Assembly (NCBI GenBank): GCA_008632985.1
Contig: QPGO01000070.1
Span: 62,001-126,000, forward strand
Source of the DNA: Psammoneis japonica
Taxonomy: Eukaryota
DNA length: 64,000 nucleotides
Reading direction: 5' to 3'
A program made the position numbers and the translations under genes. Below are positions 50,233 to 62,345 of the stretch, piece by piece. The notes under the pieces were generated by a model, which was not told where the DNA came from, made no database searches, and saw only the letters and a list, made by a program, of their open reading frames with translations. Every line of letters starts with the position of its first letter. Positions within the stretch are counted from its first letter, which is position 1.

Positions 50233-50994
50233 ATGAAGAGTCTCGAGTACGAGTACACGAGCGTGAAGCCATCATCATCAAGCAATGATGGACCGCGTCA
50301 ATATCCTCGGAGAAGGCGTGTATTGATACAGCTCACTAGAAGGCAGCGCCAGCTCTTGTATGTGATTGGTTTGATCCTTGTCGTGTGCATCTTGGTGGTG
50401 ATTCAGAAGCGAAAAGGATCCTCTTCTTCTGCTTCACCCTCGTCGGCACAATCCAAAACCGCGGACAGCAAGAACGACGACAACAACATGGCAACAACAA
50501 CCAATGCTCCCACAGTTATTTCGCCTGCTACGCACAAGCCTGCAAAACCTACTCCGTCACCGAAACCAAAGCCAAAACCATCACAAAAACCGTTTGAATG
50601 CCAGACAGATCGGCTCGGACATGCGACACGATTGGAATCCGGTCATGCCATTTGCAACCACGAGTACATGTTTGGGCTGACCCAGGAGGGCGTATTTCAG
50701 TGGCAAAACACAATAACCAACGAAACCAAGATATTTTACAATGGTATCGCTGGAGACTATTTCGTCATGGATCCAGATGCGTCTTTTAATGTATTCCTTC
50801 GAAATGAAACACGGGTGTGGCGAGAGGAATGCAACAAAAAAGTCAAATTCTATTCCCAATGTCTATCCGGGCCAGTCCTGGACTGTCCCTATCTTCATTT
50901 ACACAAGGATGGAGTTGTTGTACTGAATTGGATTGATGGGGGGTGGAACGAGAGGAATATCAAAAAGGTTTACCCACAATTGTTTGGCAAATAA
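50233..50994 (+). CDS. Type II membrane protein with Pro/Lys stalk and bulb-type-lectin-like C-terminal domain; the intact member of a three-copy family
   Basis: 253-aa ORF with a single TM segment; RLESGHAIC..YMFGLTQEG..YFVMDPDASF..YLHLHKDGVVVL resembles a degenerate B-lectin repeat (inference). Confidence 0.8.
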   Translation: MKSLEYEYTSVKPSSSSNDGPRQYPRRRRVLIQLTRRQRQLLYVIGLILVVCILVVIQKRKGSSSSASPSSAQSKTADSKNDDNNMATTTNAPTVISPATHKPAKPTPSPKPKPKPSQKPFECQTDRLGHATRLESGHAICNHEYMFGLTQEGVFQWQNTITNETKIFYNGIAGDYFVMDPDASFNVFLRNETRVWREECNKKVKFYSQCLSGPVLDCPYLHLHKDGVVVLNWIDGGWNERNIKKVYPQLFGK

Positions 50995-51792
50995 TGGTTA
51001 AAATGTGGCACCGTGTGTGTGTGCTGTCGGCGAGCAATCGCGAACAGATTGTAGCAACCATGGTCGACCTAAAAAATCATGATCAAAATGAGTTTACCCC
51101 GAATATCCCTTTTCTGTTTTAAAAACTATCATGACGGACGATCCCAATGCTGTGAAAAGGCATTGTCCTTGTTCGTTGGTGATGCGTTCCTTGCCTGAAA
51201 ATAGTATGGATAACCTGCCGCGTTTCTCTTGTGTTGGGTTTAGAGTAAACCTAGAGTAGGATTGTCACGTCCCTTTGCCTCGCCACGAGAAATATGCCAA
51301 CGCCTCTGTACTTCTAGAAAAGAAGATAAAAAGAGGTATAGCTTGGATACCGAAAGGCAGGGTTTATTATCAACTGTGCGTTCGTCGTTTTATGAGGCTA
51401 ACGTAGCGATTGAAGATAGTGTGGAACGCGTCTTTCACGAGGGCGATGCACCTGATGCATCTGCTGTAGTGGTTGCTCCGTCCCAAATAGACCTGTGGCA
51501 CCGGTTCCAGAACAGTCGCCAACGACGCAAGCGGAGTGATGGAAACGCTCAAACATGAAGTAAAAGAAAAGTAATGGCACAACGGATGACATTATACTGT
51601 AGGGAAGCACATGACCTCGATTGTTAAATAATAGTTTTGAAAGAAGTGATACCACGTTCTTTGTTCTTTTGAGGCGGAAACGACGAATGTTCAGACTCGT
51701 GGACTTTTGGAAGAAGACCGGTGAAGCAATGCCTGCGGGACGCCAGCACATAATGTTAATGGCGCAATTAACTAGATAGAAAGACTCTCTAG

Positions 51793-52780
51793 CTACTCTT
51801 CGTATTGATAGATGTTCCAATTTGGATTTTGCGTGTAAACTTTCTCATCTTCGCCGTATGGTTTTGGTCCACAGCAACGACACCCCCAGTCGTACGAATA
51901 ACCACTCCACATGATTTCGATCCCTCTACAACTTCTATCTTTGCGAGCTGCATCGCCACACTCATCAGGAGTTTCGAACCTAGTTCCAAGGTTCTTATCC
52001 TGGAAATTGTCGCACCCGTACCCAGGTAAGCGCAGAAATGTGCTCGGACATGAGTTGCCAAAGGCCGTTGCCTCTTCATGTTGGAACGCGTCGCCGCTGG
52101 CACCTACGTTGTTGTTGTAGAAAACCTGGTAGCCACCGGAGTCCGAAATAGTGAACTCGTACTGTCCAGGGTCCATGCATTGCTTGTGAACGTACTCATG
52201 GTGTGCCTTTTCGTACTTTCCACCAGTGATCGTTTCAGCAGATTCATCGCATATGCTAGTGAGGGACCACGTGGTCTCTACCGGGAAAGAGTCAGTTTTG
52301 ATTCTTATTTCGATTTGCGCCTTGTCAGTAGGACAAACTTTCTCGGGCGGTACAGACATGGAAACACCAGCACCTCCTGTGTCCTCCCAGACCTCATAGT
52401 GCGGAGAATCTGGAAAAGCTTCTTGGTTCGTCATGGCTGCAGGCTTTTTGGCGCAACACATGCACTCCTACAAGACAAAGTAGACAACACCGACACAACA
52501 TTTTAGAATGCTCACCAACCGGACAAAAAGCTACCCAGTGACAGACATTGAGACGTACTGAGGATCTTGTTCTAGTGCTGTGTGCGTACATGATTTCTGT
52601 TCCTGTACAGTCGCGGTCAAGAGTCGAAGCTTCTCCACAAGATTGTGGGTTGCTGAACGACCTTCCCAAACTCTTGATTGCAATTGGAGAACATGATTGA
52701 GATCTGTACTTCCGTTTGAACTCGCCACGGGCTACCTCTAGACAAAGGAATAGGAACAAAATAGCGCGGTAATGACACAT
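51793..52780 (-). CDS. Secreted Cys-rich protein; exons 52780-52559 and 52467-51793
   Basis: Signal peptide; phase-0 GT-AG intron; two PAN/apple-like repeats (LGRSFSNPQSC...EIMY...CMCC and LGTRFETPDEC...EIMW...CRCC) flanking an IKTDSFPVETTW...YEFTISDS beta-domain. Confidence 0.8.
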
Positions 52781-55700
52781 AGTGGCACGTTGTACGATGC
52801 TTTGTGGTTGTGGTTGGCTCGCGTTTTTATGATGGTGGCTTCGCGTTGCAAACGACGGCGCGGCCGCTGGGCGGGGATAATTTTTTGTCATCTATGCCCC
52901 ACTCAGAAAGCAACGACCAATGACCATGGCATTTTCTCGCAACTTGAGGTTTCGTTGTTCCACACAGTGGCTGCTGCCTGCAGTTGGATGCACCTGGAAA
53001 GAGCAGATTGAGTTTTCATAAAGTCTCTGGGTTGTCAGTCACATTTCTGAAAAAGAGTGATGTTCTCTCTGTGTCCTTTGCAAGTTTTTGCATGCCGGTG
53101 TGTTTGAAAAACCTCGGCAGCGATGGTGAGCACCCAGCAGAGCTTGGAGCAGAAGCGGGAGCTCGCCCTTGGTGCAAGCTGCCGGCCAGAAAAATGAGAA
53201 AATGGGTGTGTTTGTGGAGGGCTGTTGAGCCAGAGCTGCCACCCAAAAAGCTTGGTGTGCCTCTCTTTGCCCATCAAACAAGCCTGAAAAGCAAGAGCAA
53301 ACTTGTTTCTGCAGAAAAACCTTGCGCTGCTGCTCTCACACACAGGCTGGGCCTGGGAACAAGGCACTTGCCAAAGAAAGAAGAGCCAGCCCTCACACTT
53401 GCACCTGCTTCCTCTTGCCAGGCTTTGACTTTTTCTCACCTGTTGCTCTTTTAAAAAGCTGGTGTGCTTTGCCAGGCAGGGTTGTGCCTCAGAGCACAGT
53501 GAGAGCCAATGATTCTTGGCGCCACCGCCTCAGCTGGGCTCTGCAACCTCAACAATGCCCCATGACACAGCTGCTGAGTGGCAGCAACAGCTGGCTCACC
53601 AGTGTGTTTGTGTGCAGAGCACAAAAAAGTGCACATCTTTGTTGCCACAGGTTGCCCCATTGTCGCTGGCTGCTTGCCAAGATCATTGTCATTTGTTCAC
53701 CACCCAGCACCTTTTTCTGTGTGCTGCCATTGCACAGCAACTCCAAGAGCTTGGCTGCCTGCAAGTGTCCTCATGCATGGCCTGCCATCTTGACTGCAAG
53801 AGGCACAGGTTCCCAGCCACCACTGCCTCAGCTGCTGGGCTGCAACAACCTCAACAACATGCAACAGCACACAGCTGCCAAGTTGCCACAACAATCAATG
53901 CAAGTTGACACATCCAATGCTTGAAACACACACAAGCACCACACACACTCATTCATTGCTGCTTTGCAGCAGCGGCCAGAAAATGAAGCACAATTTTTCA
54001 CACCTGACTCTGTCAACTTTGTCCAGCAGCAATTCTGTGCAAGCAAGCTGTTCAGCTGCTGCTGCTGCTGCACTGTCCAAAGTGTGGTGTGGTGCATGCC
54101 CACATTTTCAGAGAGCCAGTGGTGGAGCCAGCTGGCAACAAGAAAAAAATGGTGGAGTTGAAGCAAAAACTCACAGCTCATGAAGCAAGGCAACAACAAG
54201 GAGTCCATGCCCAAAATGGGGGCTTGCATGCCACAAACTGGGCAGAAGAATGTCTCCTTGTTGGAAGGTGATGTGCTTCAGCTCTGTCAGGTGAGACCTT
54301 GCACTGCTGGACTTTGATGTGAACTTTTTTGTCACACATTGCATGCATCATGTGCTCACACTGCTGCATGACTTTGGTGGCATTTTGCATCATTTTACAG
54401 TGCAGTTGCTGGGGGCTGTCTGTTCAACAACTTTTGACATCATTTTGCTTGCACTGCACCATTCTCAAACATGTCAAGAGTGGTGCAGAGCAGGCATTTT
54501 TTCAAAAAGCTGCAAGCAATGAGAGGCACAAGTGCACTGCAAACTTGGTTGTTGTTTGCATGCACATCCACTGACTGAAGTTTTTTGCACTGCAGAGCTT
54601 TTGCATGCAGAGTTCTGTGGGCCCATTTCACCTGCAGTGTGGGGCTGGAATGTGCCTGGCAGTGTCTCAGAAACACACAACTGAGCTGCCAGCTCTCATG
54701 TCCACACTCTAGAGACAAAACAAGAGAACAAAATTTCAAAATTGTTTTGAAAAACCAGAGAAGATGGAGCATGGCTGCAGAGCCAACAATGTCAAGTTCC
54801 TTGAGCACACCACAAAAGCAACAGGCAATGGCCCACCACCAGCAGCACAACAAGAGCTGAGTGGATTTTGTGTTGAAACTCATCAGCACCCACATCAAGA
54901 GGACATGTCAACCATTTTCTAATGGACTCTTTGTCCTTGACTGGGTGAAATTTGTGCAGCTTCAAGACAGTTTCACACACATCTTTTCTGTGTCCTTTGA
55001 AGAAACTGGCTGGACATGACCACCCACCAGCTGACAAAGAGACAGCAAGTTGTGGCACCCTCCTTACAACCCCAGATCTGGACAAAAAGTGCTCAGTCAT
55101 GCAGCATGTGGGGCAAGTCAGGCCAATTCTAGTGCACCTTTGCAAAGATTCAGAGCGAGCCTCTCTTTTTTTCTGCTGTTGATCACACCATTTCTTTTTG
55201 AGTGTGCTGTTGACCCACATCCAGGCAACAGAGTCAACAAGAGTTGACAAACACATTGGTGTCATAAAAACAACAGCACAGCTGACAATCTCAATCTGAG
55301 CATCAGTGGGAGAGCATCCAAAAGCAGGTCTCGTTCAGGAAATTCAGGCATGGACTTGCTGGGATCAACTTTCCAGCCTGTTGCACTCACCCTTGAAGAT
55401 GGTTGCTGCAGAACAAGCAGATTTGGTGCCAACCTCCTGCATGAGCACACAACAGCCTGCATCTGGGTTGGCAGAAAGGGCCGCACATTTGACGACACCT
55501 CAGCTTCTGCCAGCATCTGCGGAGCTAAATTGCTCACAAAGATTTGGCATCAAAACACATTGTTCAAACTCTTTCTTGATGCTCACTGAGGTTTGGCACC
55601 AAGCCACATTGTCTCAACTGTTTCTTTGTGAACTTGAGAAGCTTGCCCAACTTTGTGGCATCAGATTTGTGTCTGTGATGACAGAGTTGTGCAAACAGCC

Positions 55701-56194
55701 AATAAGACAGAGAAAAAAATTGGCAACATCTGCCATCATGTGCCAGAACACTGTGTTTTTGAAATGCAGTTATTTGCAGTTGGTGGCTGTGCTCTGAAAG
55801 CTTCTCCATGAGCATCTCTGACAGATCATTCAAACCCCATTTTGCACACTTGGCAAACTTGAAAACAGTGGGTCCACTCACTGCACACACAAGCTGTTCC
55901 AAGTGTGCTGGGGTCTGCTGCACAGGGGCACCAGCAGCAACTTGGAAAATGGCTGAGAGGAGATTGGATGCAGCAGCTCTTGACTCAGGTGAAAAGCAAA
56001 AAGATGTTTCTAAAATGGCTGAGCAACACAAATGATGGAGCAAAGAAGGTGAGGGTCAGTCTGGCAGTGAGACATGCAATCCACCAGCCAGCTCAGCTCA
56101 CTTGCCAAATGCTTGCTTGGCAAGTCAAAACCAAGCCAAACATGTGGGCACAAAGTGCGCACCACCATGTGCATGAGATGACAAATGCTGGCCC

Positions 56195-57140
56195 TGAGGC
56201 CAACCCCAGCCGAGCGAAAAAAGAAAATGAAAAAGAGCCAACCTCAACTCTTTTTTCGTTTTGTCGTTTTGGTGACCCAACCGGCGTGAAAATTAAAAAG
56301 CTAAACATCCGGGTGTCTTGGGCATGCTGATGACAAGCAAAGCGAGAGGCCTCACACGACAATGAAGATGACGACCATGACGGCATTTGAAGTTCTACCT
56401 TATGACAATGAGAACAACACCATTAGAACCTCCATTTTTTTCTTAATCTGTGGGTGCTATTTCTTTTTTTGTTCAGTGCAAATGCAACAGGCTTGTGGGA
56501 TGACTTAAGTGGTTGTCAAGTGGAAAGTTTTTGTGCACTTCTCAGGCCATTTCGAGCCCCCAATCTAAAATCAAACAACACAAGAATAGCACCATTGAAC
56601 AAGTCGCATCTAAATTAGTCAGCATGGTCATTTCTGTGTCATGCAGATCTGCTTTAGGGACCTTGTGTGTCGACTTTCTATGATGCACATCAAAACCGGC
56701 AACATCATTTGAAGACAAAAAAAAGGTCTGTTGTAGAAGAACTGCAACATGCTTCACCAATTCCCTCAAGACACATGTCACATCTACTTCAAATCATCAA
56801 TTGGTGTTACTTCGTCAGTCATGACATTGAAAGAAGTCATCAAAAACAATCACAGACCACCATGGTAACTTGATGATGCCATGCGTGAGGCGAACTTTGG
56901 ATTGCTTTGCTGGTGTCCTACGCAAACCAAGATGCATGTACGAAATGCATGATGGCATGTGGCCCACATCACTCTTTTCTCTTTTTTCATGCTTCTGGGT
57001 TTGTGAAAAAAGAGTTGGACTCTTTTTTCATTTCGGCCGAGTTGAAAAAGAGTCCAGGGTGAAAATCCCGGTAAGTTCGAGCTTTTCGAGCTATTTCGTC
57101 TTTTTCATTTTCTTTTTTCGCTCGGTTGGGGTTGGCCTCA
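56195..57140. mobile_element. ~945-bp non-autonomous TIR element, partially converted
   Basis: ~41-bp TIRs tgaggccaacccca(g/a)ccgagcgaaaaaagaaaatgaaaaaga with one mismatch; no clear TSD; retains more CpG/TpA than its flanks. Confidence 0.8.
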
Positions 57141-58404
57141 CAGCAAGTCTTNAAAGCAGCAGAGCAATTTTGGCAACCACATGCCACACCATTGTCAGAA
57201 TGTGGTGCACCCTAACCACCAGGTTCTCTGTTGCTGCAGTTGAAAAAAAGATCCAACTGCCCAGATCTGCACCCAGCAACTCACCAGCACTTTCCACAAA
57301 GACAGAGAAACCAACCAAGATGAGCTCAGAGACAACACAAGCTCAAGCAAGTTCACTGCAGCACAGCTGAGAGAGTTTGGTTGAGCACAGAGCCAGCAGC
57401 AGACTTGTGGGCTCCAAAGCATGAGATGTGAAAACCAAATCTTGCAACGACGGTGGTTGCTGCCACAAAGCCCACTTGCATCTCCAACTCTTCTTTGGCG
57501 TCGCAAATCACACGGCACAATGGCTCCAATCCTCAAGACCCACAGGCCAGCAAGCCACCCTAAGATGTCACAAAACATGCCAGAGAGATCTCTTCAAAGA
57601 GAACATCTAAAGCCAGAGTCTGGCGCAGATGTGGCAGAGGACAAGCGAACTTTTGCCCTCCAAATGATGGGTGACAGGTGATGAAAAAGCTTGGTTGGAA
57701 CCTGCTCAAAGATTTGGCAGATGTGCTGAGCAGCATGGCAACAAACAACAAGCAGCTGAGTTTGCCCAAAGTGTGTTTGCACTGCAAAGAACCAGCAATG
57801 GACAGAATGACAAGGCCAGGTGTGAAACTCTAAGAGACCAAGCAACAAAAACAGGTTCAAAACAAAACAGATGATCCATTTGAGACTCAACCACACAAAG
57901 CCACCAAAAGCTTGTCATCAAATTTGCAGCCAAAACATGCCAGTCACCAGAGCTCTTGTGTTGTGCTCTCAGCCCCACAGCCTTTGAAGCTGCAAAAGCA
58001 AAAGATTGAACTTTTCAAGGCTCAGGCTGCCAGGGATTTAACAACATGGAAAACCCTTTCTCAAACATTTGTGTGGCCTTGGAGCAAATTAAAGTCCATG
58101 CCATCTCCTCCACCACTTTCAGCAAGAATGAAGGAGCCCACAAAGATCCATGCCACATGTCGGGATCACTGGACACAAATGATCCCTGCAACAAACACAC
58201 CCACTCAAAACAACAGAGCCTCCTTCACTGGCGCCATTGTGCAGGAAGTCAGACTTCCAAGGAGGCAGCAAAACATGAAAAAAACAGGGTGCACAGATGT
58301 GAAATTTTGATGAAGGTTGTCCTTGCCAAGTGGCTTGTCCAACTGAGACCTGACCCAATCCAAAATGTTAAGATCTCCCCCCCTTGCACATCACAGCATC
58401 ACCA

Positions 58405-59250
58405 TCTTCTCTCACTTCTTCTCAGCCCTCTTGTGACAAGGTGTGCCCAACATCAATTTCACCACATGCAACAAACACCAAGCAAAGTGAAGAAAAAGAG
58501 CTTTTCTGAGTCTGAAGTTTGAACATGTGAAGAGTCTCAAGAAATTGTGGACTGGTGCACCAATGTTCTCCTCAGAGAAGGCATGCATTGGCACAATTTG
58601 CCAGTGTGTGGTTGGTTTCATCCTTGTCATGCATGCATTGTGATGGCAACTTAGAGGTGAAAAGCACCCTCTTCTTCTTTGCCCCAGTTGGCCTGATCCA
58701 ATGATGACAACATGGCAGCAACAACAACAACAACAACAACAACAACAACCAAAGCTCCCACACTCAGTTCACCTGCCATCATGCACAAGCCTGCAAGTTG
58801 CGCTGCACCAAAAACTGACCACAAAACAAAAATCTTTTAAATGCCAGACAGATCAACTTGGTCATGTGACACGATTGGAGAGCTTGGCTGCACTGTCAGT
58901 TTTGGCCACAAGCACATGTTTGGAGTCTCACCCAGGACAGCAAACTTCAGTGGCAAAACACACCAATGATGCAAAGGCATTTCACAATGGCACCATGGTG
59001 GGAGACTGTTTTGTCGTGGATCCAGATGCATCCTTTCATTCACATCTTCAGAGCAAAAGATGTGCACAGCAAGAAGAATGTTGCCAAGAAGTCAATCTTC
59101 ATTCTTGGTGTCCATCTGGGCCTGTCCTGGACTGCCCCTGTCTTCATCTGTGCAAGGATGGAGTTGTTTTAGGGCCTTCTGGATTGGATTGATGGGGGGT
59201 GGAATGCAAGGAACATCAAACAGGTTTTCCCACAATTGTTTGGCAAATGA
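58405..59250 (+). pseudogene. Decayed copy A of the 50233 lectin-like gene, including its upstream region
   Basis: Collinear with ~50110-50994; translated remnants FKCQTDQLGHVTRLES, GDCFVVDPDASF, SGPVLDCPCLHLCKDGVV. Confidence 0.93.
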
Positions 59251-61433
59251 AAGTTGCAGCATGGCATTGTGCATGCCTGTTGGCAAGCAACAATCACAAA
59301 CAAGTTGCAGCAACAAGACAAGCAAGATCAAACTGAGCTCAACCAAGAGCACCCCTTTTAATTTTTGGCAATTGTTGCAATGCAAGTTAAGGAAACTGCA
59401 ACATCCACAATGAACATGAAAAGTGCAGTCATTGTTGCCAGCCCAACAACTGCAATGCCATCTGCGACAACTGCTCCATGTGTGCAGAGAGCTGCAAGGA
59501 TTCCAGCACCAATTTTGTGGAGCTGACCCAACATCACCACCAATGGTGCACTTGCCAGTTTCGCCACACCCACAACAAAAAAAAAACACACACACACGCA
59601 AGGCTGAGAAAAAGCACACAAGCAAACTTTGTGCAAAATCCAACATCACACTGTGGCCCTCTTGCCCTGCAAGGAATTGCTTGATTTGTGCAGCCAACAA
59701 GTCTCACAACAAATGGGTTGTTTCCCATTCCACACAATTTGGGCCATGGTTTCCAAATGAATTGCACAAACTGGCAAAAACACCAAACAACACAACTGCT
59801 GCAGAAACACCATGGACAAGTTGTGCACTGTCACGATGGAACTTTGCCATGGGTGGCTTTGGTTTGTCCATTGACCCCATTGCAATTGGGTTGGTTGCCT
59901 TTTCATCCAGCTTGCAGGTGTGTTGTAATGTCAAATCTTGTGCCACTTGCAATTTCTCTTGTGCCATTTTTTCCATGCTTGCCAAAAGTTCCATGGCTTG
60001 TTGTTGTGCCACCTCTTCTGCCAAGACTGTCTTTTGGAGGGCAGCTGTTTTTTGAATTTTGGATGTGTTGTTGTTTTGTGACACAATTTCAACCTCTTGG
60101 CGACAACCCAAAATTAAGTTTTCTAAATTGCCCTGCTTGGCTTGGGCAGCCCACAAAACACTTGGGCCACCACGCAATTGGCCAAATTCTCCATCAAGTC
60201 TCAAGCACATTGCTTCATTTTGTCCATCATGATGACAGATGATTTCAGCACCATTGTGGCCCTTGAAAAGACACTGTTGTTGTCATCATGGTCATTTCAT
60301 TCATTGCATGAGAATGTTCTGGAAAACCTGCCATGTTTCTTGGATGTTGGGGCCACAGCAAAACTGACATTGTCGCACTCCTTTGCCTGGCTGCAGGAAA
60401 ATGTGCTGCCACCTCTGCAACCAGCACAGATGAAAAGATGAAAACATTGTGGTTTGGGGCTCAGATTTGCTGCACAGCAGCCCCACACCACTCTGTCTTG
60501 CTGCACAGAAGTTGAAAAACATGACAGACATGGTGGGATTGTCAGGTGAGGGCCAGAGTCTCTGCCCTGAAGAGCATCTCTGCTGCACAGATTTAACTCA
60601 AGAACAAAGATGGGTGCAAGAGACTCAGGCAGCTGTGCAAGAAAGTGCAAAAGAGCTTGCTGCAGCAATGTCATCCACCACTCAGATGTTGCCCACACTG
60701 TTCTGTGTCAGCAACTCAGCATCACAAACAATGAGGCCAGCGCTGTGTGCCTCAACTAAGAACGCGCCCCACAAACAGGAGAAAACCAAACCAGAGCACA
60801 CCAGCCTCTTCATCACAATGTTGGAAAAAGTCCCTGTCAAAAACAATCACAGCAACAGGCATCAAAGAGTGCAATGTGCCACTTTTGACACAAAGTTGGG
60901 GCCAGTTCAGGGAGTCCAGTCAAGCCACCCATGCCTCTCTTGCTTTGCCACATGATCAAAACTCTCAACCATTGATGCTGGGTCCAGTTGAGGCCAATGG
61001 TGGCATGTCACAAAAATGTTGCACAAGCTTTGTGCTCAAGCACACATGGTTTTTGACCTCGCTCACTGATGGCACCTTTGTGACACTTCTTGAGTTGGCA
61101 GCACTCAGTGCACTTGGGAGAATTTGTCCCTCCCTGTCTGAAAGCTCACAGCCCATTCTTTCAGGGAGGGGGCACTGCTCTGCTCATCACTGAGGCATCT
61201 GTTTTCAAGCAAAAGAAGTCAAGTGAACAATTTGCACTCATCTGCACCATCAACTGCCAGGGACTCAGGATGATGGCATTGTCGCCCCCCCCCCCACTCC
61301 TGACACAGAAGTTTCAAGTCTCAGTCAAGAAGTTGTTCTTCACAACTCAGATGAATGAAAGTTTCAGTTGCAGGAGTCAATGATTTGATGACATGCAACA
61401 TTCCAAAGTTCTGAAAATCCAAAATCAAAAAGG

Positions 61434-62345
61434 TTCTCTCACTTCTTTGTTGCTCCCTCCTCTTGTGACAAAGTGTGCCCAACATCAATTTTGCCATGTG
61501 CAGCAGCTGTCAAACAAGAAGAAAACCTTCCGTGAATTGCTCAAGTTTGAACATGTCACAAAGAGTCTCAAGTGTGAGTTCATGAGTGTGGCACCCCCTC
61601 ATCATCAAGCAATGACAAAGTGTGTCAGCATCCTTGGAGAAGATGCACATTGACGCAACTCACTTGAAGGCAATGCCAGCTCTTGCATGTCATTGGTTTG
61701 ATCCTTGTCATGTGCATCTTGGGGGTGCTTCAGAAGTGAAAAGCATCCTCCTTTTCTTCTGCTTCACCCTCATTGGCCCAGTCAAAAACTGCAGACAGCA
61801 ACAAAAATGAAAAAAAACATGGCAACAACAACAGAAACCAATGCTCCCACAGTCATTTTGCCTGCTGCACAGAAGCTTGCAAAACCCACTCTGTCACCAA
61901 AACCAAAACCCAAGCACCACAAAAACCACTTGAGTGCCAGACGGGCTGGCTTGGCCATGTGACACAAGCAATTGGAATCCTGTCACACCACTTGCAACCA
62001 CAAGCACATGTTTGGACTGACCCAGGATGGTGTGTCTTCCAGCAGGAAAGTGCAGTGGCCAATGAGACAAAAGAAGCGTTTTGCAGTGGTGCCACCAGAG
62101 ACTGTTTTGTCATGGATCCAGGTGCACACTTTGATGCATGTCCACGAAACAAAAAATGAGTGTGGGGAGAGAAGAAGGAAACCAAAAAGTTAAACTCTGT
62201 TCTCAGTGTCTGTCCGGGCTGGTTCTGGACTGTCCCCATTTTCATTTGCACAAGGGTGGTGGAGTTGTTGTGCTGATGAATTGGACTGATGGGGGGTGGA
62301 ACAAGAGGAGTGTCAAAAAGGTTTGCCCGCAATTGTTTGGCAAAC
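61434..62345 (+). pseudogene. Decayed copy B of the 50233 lectin-like gene
   Basis: Remnants CNHKHMFGLTQDG, DCFVMDP, KVKLCSQCLSGLVLDCPHFHLHKG, DGGWNKRSVKKVCPQLFGK; frameshifts. Confidence 0.93.

Noticed and set aside
51262..51558. 98-aa ORF between convergent genes
   Set aside because: Non-ATG start and no motif.
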